Below are positions 16,411 through 24,535 of a stretch of 35,397 nucleotides of DNA, in pieces (the stretch's first letter is position 1; every line of letters begins with the position of its first letter). Under the pieces are notes generated by a model. It worked only from the letters and a program-made list of their open reading frames with translations, was not told the DNA's origin and ran no database searches. This DNA comes from Chloroflexota bacterium (GTDB taxonomy: Bacteria > Chloroflexota > UBA6077 > FW602-bin22 > JBCLEL01), in the NCBI GenBank assembly GCA_038913435.1, contig JBCLEL010000001.1, positions 1-35,397 of the forward strand, in the 5' to 3' direction. The translations under genes and the position numbers were made by a program.

Positions 16411-16446
16411 ACAGGGAGTTTACCACTTTTCAGACAGATTCTTAAA
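16038..16446 (-). mobile_element. Internally deleted (non-autonomous) IS5-family element, about 0.41 kb
   Basis: Imperfect terminal inverted repeats share the core ACTTTTCAGACA..TTCTTA (left 16039-16060 as reverse complement, right 16423-16444). Only the N-terminal part of the transposase remains inside. Confidence 0.7.
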
Positions 16447-16498
16447 GGGTCTCTGGCAGCAAAATACACCTGACCAACATACTTTAGAACCGAGTCCC

Positions 16499-16941
16499 CA
16501 TTCGGAGGGTGTTTAGTAACGTCATCAGATCACAATATGCTGCGCTAGATCACCCGATTATGCCCCAAGAGGTTGTGGTGCAACTGCGTTGCTAAACACA
16601 TTCCGAGGGTGTTTAGTAACGTCATCAGATCACAATATGTTGCGCTGAGACCGCTGCGTAATTCAGTGGTTGCCGAAAACCTCATCCCCCTGACCCCCTT
16701 CTCCTGCCAGGAGAAGGGGGAATAATTGCTGGGGGACACCCCCAGACCCCCGTCAGAGGTCGCGGTAGGCGACCTCTGCACACGTCTAGTCGGGCTTCAG
16801 CCCGTTCAACAAGCGCCCGGACTTCAGTCCGGCGACTGCTACGCGCTATTTCAACAGCAGTTTCATTTATGCAGCAGTCTCTTGCGCTAGAGCACCCGAT
16901 TATGCCCCAAGAGGTTGTGGTGCAACTGCGTTGCTAAACAC
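16499..16941. repeat. Tandem ~100-bp unit (2 copies) with 13-bp inverted ends; the second copy is interrupted
   Basis: Unit 1 spans 16499-16599. It reads CATTCGGAGG then GTGTTTAGTAACG...CGTTGCTAAACAC, whose ends are inverted with 1 mismatch. Unit 2 is 16599-16646 plus 16882-16941, near-identical and split by the 235-bp insert. Confidence 0.85.
16647..16881. mobile_element. MITE-like 235-bp insertion nested in the second tandem unit
   Basis: The terminal inverted repeats are GAGACCGCTGCGTAATT (16647-) and the reverse complement of the 3' end, GAGACTGCTGCATAAAT. They match at 14 of 17 positions. TTGCGCT is present on both sides (16640-16646 and 16882-16888), whereas the uninterrupted unit has a single CTGCGCT. 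The insert carries copy B of the 76-bp repeat (16680-16755) and three further hairpins. Confidence 0.7.
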
Positions 16942-16956
16942 CCTGCATTCCACTAT

Positions 16957-16985
16957 TTGACAACGTAAAAACCATCTGCCATACT
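16957..16985 (+). promoter_or_regulatory. Candidate sigma-70-type promoter for the ABC/catabolic operon
   Basis: TTGACA (16957-16962), a 17-nt spacer, then CATACT (16980-16985), about 125 nt upstream of ATG 17111. AAGGAG RBS at 17097-17102. Confidence 0.4.
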
Positions 16986-17110
16986 AACCATCGGTAGGCT
17001 GGGAAATTAATAATGTAAAGAGGGGATGCCTGACAAGCAGTCCGCGTCCGACCCGTTGGCAGCATGTTGCTGAATGATTCCGAATTGTACCATCAAAAGG
17101 AGATTTTCAA

Positions 17111-18619
17111 ATGGTGGAGAAAGTGTTCTTGCGCCGGTTGCCACGTCGCTCATTTCTAGCCGGCTTGGGCGCGGTGGCCGCGCTGCCTATTCTGGCCGCC
17201 TGCCAACCGCAGGTTGTCGAGAAGATCGTCGAGAAAGTCGTCGAAAAGCCGGTTGAAAAGGTAGTAACTCAAATCGTCGAGAAAGAGAAGATCGTCGAGA
17301 AGATCGTCGAGAAAGAGAAGATCGTCGAGAAGATAGTGATCGCGACACCCGTACCGGCGCCCAAGGTTCCAGTCAAGATCCGCTGGGCGACGCTGGCCGC
17401 TGAAGGGCACCCTTACCTCGAAGTCCCGCGGCTGGTGGCCAAGTTGTTCATGAGCAAGAACCCCGGCAGCGAAGTCAACGTCGAGCAAATCGCTGGCGAA
17501 CATCGCCCGAAGCTCGCCGCCGACCTGGCAGCGGGCACCCTTGCCGACATTTTCTTCAGCCACAGCGGCGCTATCCAGATCTACGCCGACTTCAATATCA
17601 CCAAGAGCATGGACCCTTACCTCAAGGCGGCAAAAGGCGACGAGCTGAAGAAGAGCGACTTCTTCCCAGCGCTCATCGTCGCCGGATCGACCGGCAAGGG
17701 AGAGACGCACCTTTTGGGCATGGGCGCCGATGCGCACACCATCTTCTACAATAAGCCGATGCTCGCCGAGGCCGGGCTTCAACCGCCCAAGGACAACTGG
17801 ACCTGGCCCGATCTGCTTGAATACTCCCGCAAGCTCACCAAGAAATCGGCTGACGGGCGCGTCCAGCGTTGGGGTTTTGGCGCGTCGAATAACTGGATTA
17901 GCTGGGCAGTGGGGCCGACCTACTCAGCCGGTGGCGAGTGGATCAAGATCGCGGACGGTAAGCAGACGATGCCCTCCACGACGCCCGAGTTCATCAAGGG
18001 TATGCGCTATCTCTGGGATGGCGTCAAAGAGAATGTGTGGGCCGGCGAGGAGGAGCTGAAGGCGCTGACTGACTACCACGCCGGATTCGTCAATGAAAAA
18101 CTGGCGATGTGTGACGGCGCGCGCTGGTCGGTCCCCCAACTGCGCAAGGCGACCTTCGATTGGGATGTCGTAGCGATCCCGCGCGATGTCCGCTACGGCG
18201 TCGGCTCTGGAACCGCTGGCTGGAGTATAGGCGCGGCGACGAAGTTCCCCGACGAGGTCTGGAAGCTGATGCAGATCATCTTTAGCGATGAGGGCTACAA
18301 GCCCTGGGTCGACAGCTACGCCACCGTCCCGACCCTGGTCAGGCTCAAGGACAGCGATCTCTGGCGGAAGCTTCCCGGCCCGCCATACAATAATGAAGCC
18401 TTCCTCACCGCGATCAGGTGGGCCTATCTGCGACCGCGCGGCGTTGCCTACGAGGATGGTGGCTTCGTCGACAAGCAGCTTGCGGACGCCTACCAGCGCT
18501 ACGTCAAGGGGAACATTAAGATAGAGGAGGCTATGCGGATCTTCAAAGAGAAGTTCGACGAGTTTCTACCGTATAACCCGGCCACCGTCGTCGAATGGGC
18601 GCCTGGCAAGGACTTCTAG
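17111..18619 (+). CDS. ABC transporter substrate-binding lipoprotein, family 1 (carbohydrate type), with Tat-like signal and repeat linker
   Basis: RRLPRRSFLAGLGAVAALPILAAC (twin-Arg plus lipobox), then a VEKIVEKVVEKPVEK... linker, then an SBP_bac_1-like body (IRWATLAAEGHP...ADIFFSH...WTWPDLLEYSRKL). Confidence 0.88.
   Translation: MVEKVFLRRLPRRSFLAGLGAVAALPILAACQPQVVEKIVEKVVEKPVEKVVTQIVEKEKIVEKIVEKEKIVEKIVIATPVPAPKVPVKIRWATLAAEGHPYLEVPRLVAKLFMSKNPGSEVNVEQIAGEHRPKLAADLAAGTLADIFFSHSGAIQIYADFNITKSMDPYLKAAKGDELKKSDFFPALIVAGSTGKGETHLLGMGADAHTIFYNKPMLAEAGLQPPKDNWTWPDLLEYSRKLTKKSADGRVQRWGFGASNNWISWAVGPTYSAGGEWIKIADGKQTMPSTTPEFIKGMRYLWDGVKENVWAGEEELKALTDYHAGFVNEKLAMCDGARWSVPQLRKATFDWDVVAIPRDVRYGVGSGTAGWSIGAATKFPDEVWKLMQIIFSDEGYKPWVDSYATVPTLVRLKDSDLWRKLPGPPYNNEAFLTAIRWAYLRPRGVAYEDGGFVDKQLADAYQRYVKGNIKIEEAMRIFKEKFDEFLPYNPATVVEWAPGKDF
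17273..17332 (+). repeat. Perfect 30-bp tandem duplication inside the SBP linker
   Basis: ATCGTCGAGAAAGAGAAGATCGTCGAGAAG occurs twice (17273-17302 and 17303-17332). It sits within a wider 12/15-nt periodic GTCGAGAAR tract (~17212-17340). Confidence 0.95.
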
Positions 18620-18634
18620 CCCAGGATTTTCCCT

Positions 18635-19588
18635 ATGTCAACAGACCGGCCAACGCCAGCGACCGCCAACAAGGCCACGCCTCGAACACCCGAGCGCGAG
18701 GCGTGGCTACAGCTCTCGGTGCGCCAGGAAGAATGGCTCTGGGCGGGCATCCTGCTCACGCCCAGCTTGATCCTGTTCGTAGTGATGGTGTTGTGGCCGG
18801 CGTTGGTCGGTCTATACCTCAGTTTCACCAACTATCGGCTGCCAGGGGTCCCGCAGTTTATCGGAGTTGCTCAGTACGCCCGCTTGATAAGGGACCCAGA
18901 CGTGCATCAGGCCGCTGTCAACACCTTCATTCTCTTCGCTGAGGTTGTCCCGGTGACGATTATCCTCTCGTTCTTGATTGCGGCGCTGCTGAACCAGCCG
19001 CTCCGGTTCCGCCGGGCTCTCCAGGTGTTTTACTTTCTGCCCCTCATCGCATCAGCGGTGGCCACGGCAGCGATGTTTCGATACCTGTTGTACCGCCAGG
19101 GTGGGCTGCTTAACTCCGCGATCAGCCTCATCGTCCCGGTCGAGATTGACTTCCTGGGCGATCCAAATCTTGCCCTACATACAATTAGCGTCTTGATCAT
19201 CTGGGGGGCGATTCCTATCAGCGTGATTCTCTACCTAGCCGCGCTTCAACAGGTCCCGGCGGAGCTTTACGAGGCGGCGGCGATAGATGGCGCGGGCGTG
19301 CTCAGCTCGTTTCGCCACGTCACCTGGCCGCTGGTGACGCCGACGACTTTCATGCTCGTGATCCTGATCGGCTTAGGGGCAACAATCGGCTCCTTCGACC
19401 TGGTCCGGGTGCTAACCAACGGCGGTCCGCTTGGCGCGACGACGACCCTGGTGTACCTCATTTTTCAGCGCGGGTTTCTCGAGATGAACTTAGGGTCGGC
19501 CGCAGCGATTGGATATACATTATTTGCTGGCGTTCTCCTCATTACTTTGTTCCAATTCCGTACGCAACAGCGCTGGGTGCACTACTAA
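18635..19588 (+). CDS. ABC transporter permease (MalF/UgpA-like)
   Basis: Multiple TM segments and the EAA loop YEAAAIDGAGVLSSFRHVTWPLVTP. Confidence 0.9.
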   Translation: MSTDRPTPATANKATPRTPEREAWLQLSVRQEEWLWAGILLTPSLILFVVMVLWPALVGLYLSFTNYRLPGVPQFIGVAQYARLIRDPDVHQAAVNTFILFAEVVPVTIILSFLIAALLNQPLRFRRALQVFYFLPLIASAVATAAMFRYLLYRQGGLLNSAISLIVPVEIDFLGDPNLALHTISVLIIWGAIPISVILYLAALQQVPAELYEAAAIDGAGVLSSFRHVTWPLVTPTTFMLVILIGLGATIGSFDLVRVLTNGGPLGATTTLVYLIFQRGFLEMNLGSAAAIGYTLFAGVLLITLFQFRTQQRWVHY

Positions 19589-19592
19589 TCGA

Positions 19593-20429
19593 ATGTCGTA
19601 CTCCCTACGATCGCTCCAACGGAGCCAATCGCTGATCTCCTACGTCCTCCTCACCCTGGGCGCCGTAACAATGGTGATGCCGATTCTATACACGGTATCG
19701 AGTTCACTCAAGATTGCGCGCAAGGTTTATGTCTACCCTCCTGAACTAATCCCGAACCCGGTGCGTCTGGAAAACTACATTGACGCACTCAAGTTTCTGG
19801 AGCCATACACCTTCGTCAACAGCGCCCTTTCCTCAATTGCCATTGTCGTTGGATTAACTGTCCTGGGCCTCACCGCTGGCTTTGCGTTTGCTCGGTTGAG
19901 CTTCCCGCTACGGGACCCGCTCTTCGTCTTTCTGGTTAGCGCGCTGCTTATTCCAGGCCACGTGACCATAATCCCGATGTTCGTTTTCATCAACCAACTG
20001 GGTTGGGTGAACACTTTCCAAGGGCTGGTGCTTCCAGTGATCGGGGGCGTTTCGCTGCCCATATTCTGGTTCCGGCAGTTCTTCCGGACAGTGCCGTCCG
20101 AACTGTATGACGCAGCACGGATCGACGGGGCAAATCCAGGGCAGATATTCCTCTCCGTGTACTTGCCTGAAGCGCGACCGGCGATCGCCGCCTATGGTGT
20201 GCTTACGTTCCTCGGAGCTTGGAATCTGTACCTCTGGCCACTTCTCATTCTCCGACAACAGGGCACCGAGACGGTGACGCTCAGGCTGGCGCTTCTCCAG
20301 GCAGGGTCAATTGAACCTCAACTAGCGATGGCGGGCACCATCCTTTCGATGCTGCCGATTCTTATCCTCTTCATTGTTGCCCAGCGGCAGTTCATCCAGG
20401 GCATCAGTCGGAGTGGACTCGTCGGCTAG
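19593..20429 (+). CDS. ABC transporter permease (MalG/UgpE-like)
   Basis: Start moved to ATG 19593 (MSYSLRS...), 5 nt after the previous stop. EAA loop YDAARIDGANPGQIFLSVYLPEARPA. Confidence 0.9.
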   Translation: MSYSLRSLQRSQSLISYVLLTLGAVTMVMPILYTVSSSLKIARKVYVYPPELIPNPVRLENYIDALKFLEPYTFVNSALSSIAIVVGLTVLGLTAGFAFARLSFPLRDPLFVFLVSALLIPGHVTIIPMFVFINQLGWVNTFQGLVLPVIGGVSLPIFWFRQFFRTVPSELYDAARIDGANPGQIFLSVYLPEARPAIAAYGVLTFLGAWNLYLWPLLILRQQGTETVTLRLALLQAGSIEPQLAMAGTILSMLPILILFIVAQRQFIQGISRSGLVG

Positions 20430-20456
20430 ACGAAGCAAAATAGAGGGGAAAAACAG

Positions 20457-21239
20457 GTGCCATACTCGATCCAGCTTGCCAAGGTGGGCGTACAGCAGGC
20501 GCCCGGAGCAGAGGTTTACCACATTCTTCCGCAGTTGCAAGGATTCGAGGAGTGGGCGCCGCTCTGGTTCACAATTGCGGTCGTGCGCGGCCAAGGGCGG
20601 ACTATCGTGATCAACACCGGCTTCGAGGAAGAGGTTGGTCATCTGGTGGAAGCCTGGCGCCGCTGGCATCCTCGGGCCGACTTCACCCGATCGGATGAAG
20701 AGCGCGTGCCAGTCGTGCTTGAGCGCTTTGATGTTGATCCGGCCAAGGTTGATACGGTCATCCTGACCCCGCTTGGGGCCTACTCGACAGGGAATATTAG
20801 CCTCTTTCCCAATGCAGAGATCTGCATCCTGCGCAGCGGTTGGCTGCGTCTGATGGCGCCGGATCCTGACATTCCGCGACCTGAACTTTTCCAGGTGATC
20901 CCGAAGAAGGAGTTGTTCTACCTGTTTGAGAAGGCGTGGTCGCGTATGCGTTTTCTTAACGACGAGGACGTTGTCGCCCCCGGTATTCGGACGTTCTTCT
21001 CCGGCGCGCACCACCCAAGCTCAATGGCTATCCTCATTGAAACGCCGGTCGGCGTCGCCTGCTATTCGGACTCATTCTTCAAGTTTGGCAACCTCGAGAA
21101 GAACATCCCGATTGGTGTAGGGCGCAGCCTTGAGGAGGCGTACCGGGCCTACGCGCGCGTCCGGCAAGAGGCGCAGATCTTCATCCCGGCCTACGATCCC
21201 GAAGTCTTCGACCGTTATCCTGGTGGTCGGATTGGCTGA
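20457..21239 (+). CDS. Metallo-beta-lactamase-fold-like protein with degenerate metal motif
   Basis: RTIVINTGF, DTVILTPLGAYSTGN (where MBLs carry THxHxDHxGG), FFSGAHHPSSMAILIET and IFIPAYDPE follow the MBL/lactonase strand order. The HxHxDH histidines are absent. GTG start after AGAGGGGA. Confidence 0.35.
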   Translation: MPYSIQLAKVGVQQAPGAEVYHILPQLQGFEEWAPLWFTIAVVRGQGRTIVINTGFEEEVGHLVEAWRRWHPRADFTRSDEERVPVVLERFDVDPAKVDTVILTPLGAYSTGNISLFPNAEICILRSGWLRLMAPDPDIPRPELFQVIPKKELFYLFEKAWSRMRFLNDEDVVAPGIRTFFSGAHHPSSMAILIETPVGVACYSDSFFKFGNLEKNIPIGVGRSLEEAYRAYARVRQEAQIFIPAYDPEVFDRYPGGRIG

Positions 21240-21340
21240 TGCACGCCGAATGACGCTGATACAATGAGGCCAATTTCGTTGATCTATTCAACTATTCATA
21301 CGGCGAGGGCACTATCTTAGAACTCAACGGTCTTCCCCTT

Positions 21341-22360
21341 TTGCTGACTACTGCCGTCGGCAGCCACGGCATCCCTGGCTGGGTGCACCTTGCTCGCGAG
21401 GAGGCCCGACGCGGGACGCTAGGCTCCGCCGACCTCGCTGAGGTGTACGCCGACGCGACCAGAGCCGCTCTCCTCGATCAGGAGTCGGCCGGAGTCGACG
21501 TGGTCACAGACGGCGAGATGCGCCGCTTACACTTCATTCAAGGGTTCTACGACAAGCTGACAGGACTTCGGCTCCTGGGTGTCGAGCGGCAACTAGGAGC
21601 GGTTGGCTATGACCAGGTGCCGGGCTTTGCGGTCGAAGAGCGGGTGGACGCGCCGAACGGATTGGGCATCGTCGCGGAGTTCACTTACGCGCGCCCGCTG
21701 ACCAAGAAGCCTCTCAAGGTCACCTGCCCGGGTCCTCTCACCTTAACGTTGCCAATCAAAGAGTTCGGGCCGTACGGCGGGCGGATCGAGCTGGCCTATG
21801 AGCTGGCGGGGATCATCAATGCCGAACTGCAAGCGCTGGTCGGCGCTGGAGCCACCTTTATCCAGCTCGACGAGCCATCTTTCTCGTTCTTCGAGGTAGC
21901 GCCGAAAACAATGGCCGACCTGATCAACCAGGCGACGGCTGGAGTTAACGTCAAGCTGGCGCTACACGTCTGTTTTGGCAATTTTCACGGTCGTCCGCGC
22001 GCCAGTCGCTCTTATCGCCAGATCTTTCCGGGACTCCTCGAAGCCAAGGTCGGCCAGTTTCTCCTCGAATTCGCCAACCGCGAGATGGCCGAGATCAGCT
22101 TGTGGCAAGAGATTGGTACGGATCGCGAGTTGGTCGTCGGCGTGGTCGATGTGAAGTCGTACTACCCGGAAACTGCGGCCGAAGTTGCCAAGCGTATTCG
22201 CCTGGCGCTCCGTTACGTTCCAGCGGAAAAACTCTGGGTGAGCCCGGATTGCGGGTTTAATCACACTCCCCGACACGCATGCGTCGCCAAGCTCAAGGCT
22301 ATGGTTGAAGGCGCCCAAATCGTCCGGCGGGAGCTGACCGGTGAGCAGACGCCAGGTTGA
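21341..22360 (+). CDS. Cobalamin-independent methionine-synthase (MetE C-terminal/COG0620)-like Zn alkyltransferase
   Basis: GIPGW..., DVVTDGEMRR, IQLDEPS, HVCFGN (His/Cys Zn ligands) and VSPDCGF (Cys ligand) are present. At 339 aa it is the single-domain paralogue, not full-length MetE. TTG start. Confidence 0.75.
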   Translation: MLTTAVGSHGIPGWVHLAREEARRGTLGSADLAEVYADATRAALLDQESAGVDVVTDGEMRRLHFIQGFYDKLTGLRLLGVERQLGAVGYDQVPGFAVEERVDAPNGLGIVAEFTYARPLTKKPLKVTCPGPLTLTLPIKEFGPYGGRIELAYELAGIINAELQALVGAGATFIQLDEPSFSFFEVAPKTMADLINQATAGVNVKLALHVCFGNFHGRPRASRSYRQIFPGLLEAKVGQFLLEFANREMAEISLWQEIGTDRELVVGVVDVKSYYPETAAEVAKRIRLALRYVPAEKLWVSPDCGFNHTPRHACVAKLKAMVEGAQIVRRELTGEQTPG

Positions 22361-22420
22361 GAAAAGCGAGATGAATATTTCGGATCACATTAATTCAAAC
22401 CTTCAAGTGGAGACTGCCGA

Positions 22421-23203
22421 GTGAAGACGGGGCGTCCATTTAGTCTTGGCTATACCTCTCTCACCTGGGGGCAAACGCCGAACCTGGATCAGGCGCTAGG
22501 CGCGATCGCCGGCGCTGGTTGGGAAGGGGTTGAATTCATCAGCGTGTCCCTCGACTGGCTGGGAACGCCACGCCGTGTGCGGGCGCTCCTTGATCGATAC
22601 GGATTGTCGCCCGTTTGCATGTTTGGCGCCGTGAGCCTAGGCGCTGATGCCGCCGAAGCCCTTGAACGACAGCGGCGACTGATCGAGTATGGGGCCGAGT
22701 TGGGCTGCTCGGTGTATTGCTTCCTCGGCGGACAGCGCGTGCCGCTGCGCCTGCCAACCGAGGATGAATTCAAGCGGCTGGCGGAGCAGGCCGAAGCGTT
22801 GATCGACTATGCGACGCCATTCGGTCTGCTGGTCGCCTATCACGCCCATCCCCGTTGTACCGTCGAGAGTGAGGAAGAACAGGACCGGCTTCTGTCCTAC
22901 ACCAGTCGGCTCAAAGTGTGTGTGGACGTGTCGGTCGCAGCGTTAATGGGAGAAGATGCGGTTGCCCAGCTCTGCAAGTACCGTGATCGTCTGGTTTACA
23001 TCCATATGAAGGACTGGGCGAAAGGCAAGTTCTGCGTGATGGGCAAGGGCACTGTCGGGCTTGACTTCGGCCGGATTATGCAGACCCTCAGAGACATTGG
23101 TTACCGAGGCTGGGTGATGAGCGAGCTTTCTAGCTACGCGGACACCGAGGCGGTGGAGTCTTGTTACTACAACCGACAGTATCTGCGATCGCTCGGTTAC
23201 TGA
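22421..23203 (+). CDS. Sugar phosphate isomerase/epimerase (xylose-isomerase-like TIM barrel)
   Basis: GWEGVEF, YHAHP, VYIHMKDW and GYRGWVMSE are spaced as in AP_endonuc_2/IolE-like barrels. Confidence 0.75.
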   Translation: MKTGRPFSLGYTSLTWGQTPNLDQALGAIAGAGWEGVEFISVSLDWLGTPRRVRALLDRYGLSPVCMFGAVSLGADAAEALERQRRLIEYGAELGCSVYCFLGGQRVPLRLPTEDEFKRLAEQAEALIDYATPFGLLVAYHAHPRCTVESEEEQDRLLSYTSRLKVCVDVSVAALMGEDAVAQLCKYRDRLVYIHMKDWAKGKFCVMGKGTVGLDFGRIMQTLRDIGYRGWVMSELSSYADTEAVESCYYNRQYLRSLGY

Positions 23204-23222
23204 TAAGGCGAGGAGGCGTATA

Positions 23223-24485
23223 GTGGAAAAGGTTCCTATCTGTGTTGTCGGCTGCGGTGGGATGGGCCACCGTCATATCCTGGGCTACAAGGAGTTGGCC
23301 GACAGCGGACTTAGCAACTTGGAGGTCGTCGCCCTGTGCGATGTCCAGCCAACGAATGCGATGCTGATCGCGGCCGAAGTGGAGCGCCTTTTTGGCAAGA
23401 AGCCTATGATCTTTACCGACCTCGAAAAGGCGCTGGCGCATCCGGAGATCGCTGCAGTGGACGTGGTCACCGATCCCTCTACTCACCACGCGGTAGCAGT
23501 GCCGGCCCTTCTCGCCGGCAAGCATGCCATAGTTGAGAAGCCGCTGGGCATTACAGTAAGGGCCTGCCAGGCGATTATCGAGGCGGCTCGTCGCGGAGGT
23601 GTGGTGCTGGCCACCGCCGAGAATCTCCGGCGCGATCCCGTCAACCGGCTGGCCCGCTCGATTCTCGACCACGGGCTGCTCGGCGACCCCTACCTAATGA
23701 TTCATAACGCGCTTGGCGGTGATGACCTGATCATCATTACCCCCTGGCGCCACTTGAAGGAAAAGGGCGCGATTGGGCTTGACCTGGCCGTGCACTACGC
23801 TGACATCGTCCAGTACTACCTGGGCGAATTTGACCAGATCTACGGCCGAGGCATGATCGTCGAACCAGTGCGGCGTCGGCCAGAACACTTCGATCACCTG
23901 CTGGGTTCCTACCGCGAGCGGTTCAAGACCTTCCCTGAGACCGTTCAAGCCACTGGCGAGGACGCGGTCATCGCCTTGTACAAAATGAAATCCGGCGCAA
24001 TGGTTCAGTTCTCCTATGTCGGCGGCGGTCGCGGCAGCCGTACCTTCGAACGCAGCGTCCACGGCCGTTTGGGCGCCATTGATGCGCCCGGTGATCGCAA
24101 CGGCCGACCGGTCATTCTGCGGCTCGAGGGGAAGGAGTTTCATGGTAAGGACATTCTCCCGCTCCTTCCCAATTTCCAGCTCAGCGAAATCACGGAGCGG
24201 CTCTTTGGGCGACGGGTGGTCCAGTACGAGCTACCCTTTGAAGCTATCGACGCTAAGCACCTGGCCATCGAGTTCCACGACTTCGGGGAGGCGATACTTA
24301 CTGGCCATCGGCCGGAGGTGGATGGCTATCTGGGGATGACTGCGGTTGCGGCGATCCTCGGAGCATACGAATCCGCCCTAGCCGGGCGAGCGGTGAGCAT
24401 GGCGGAGATTCTTTCGAGTGAGGTCGGAGCTTACCAGGCGGACATTGACGCTGCACTTGGCCTGGCTGAGCCGATCAGCGCCTAG
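23223..24485 (+). CDS. Gfo/Idh/MocA-family NAD(P)-dependent oxidoreductase
   Basis: Rossmann N-terminus ICVVGCGGMGHRH and the EKP motif HAIVEKPLG. GTG start after GAGGAGG. Confidence 0.88.
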   Translation: MEKVPICVVGCGGMGHRHILGYKELADSGLSNLEVVALCDVQPTNAMLIAAEVERLFGKKPMIFTDLEKALAHPEIAAVDVVTDPSTHHAVAVPALLAGKHAIVEKPLGITVRACQAIIEAARRGGVVLATAENLRRDPVNRLARSILDHGLLGDPYLMIHNALGGDDLIIITPWRHLKEKGAIGLDLAVHYADIVQYYLGEFDQIYGRGMIVEPVRRRPEHFDHLLGSYRERFKTFPETVQATGEDAVIALYKMKSGAMVQFSYVGGGRGSRTFERSVHGRLGAIDAPGDRNGRPVILRLEGKEFHGKDILPLLPNFQLSEITERLFGRRVVQYELPFEAIDAKHLAIEFHDFGEAILTGHRPEVDGYLGMTAVAAILGAYESALAGRAVSMAEILSSEVGAYQADIDAALGLAEPISA

Positions 24486-24535
24486 AAATCGGCCGCTGTT
24501 TTATTGGTTAGACTAATGAGTAGTGGAGGTGCAAC

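Noticed and set aside
16499-16941. CRISPR array.
   Set aside because: There are only two copies of a ~100-bp unit. The units abut directly with no spacers and have inverted ends, and no cas genes are present. The pattern fits tandem or MITE-like repeats.
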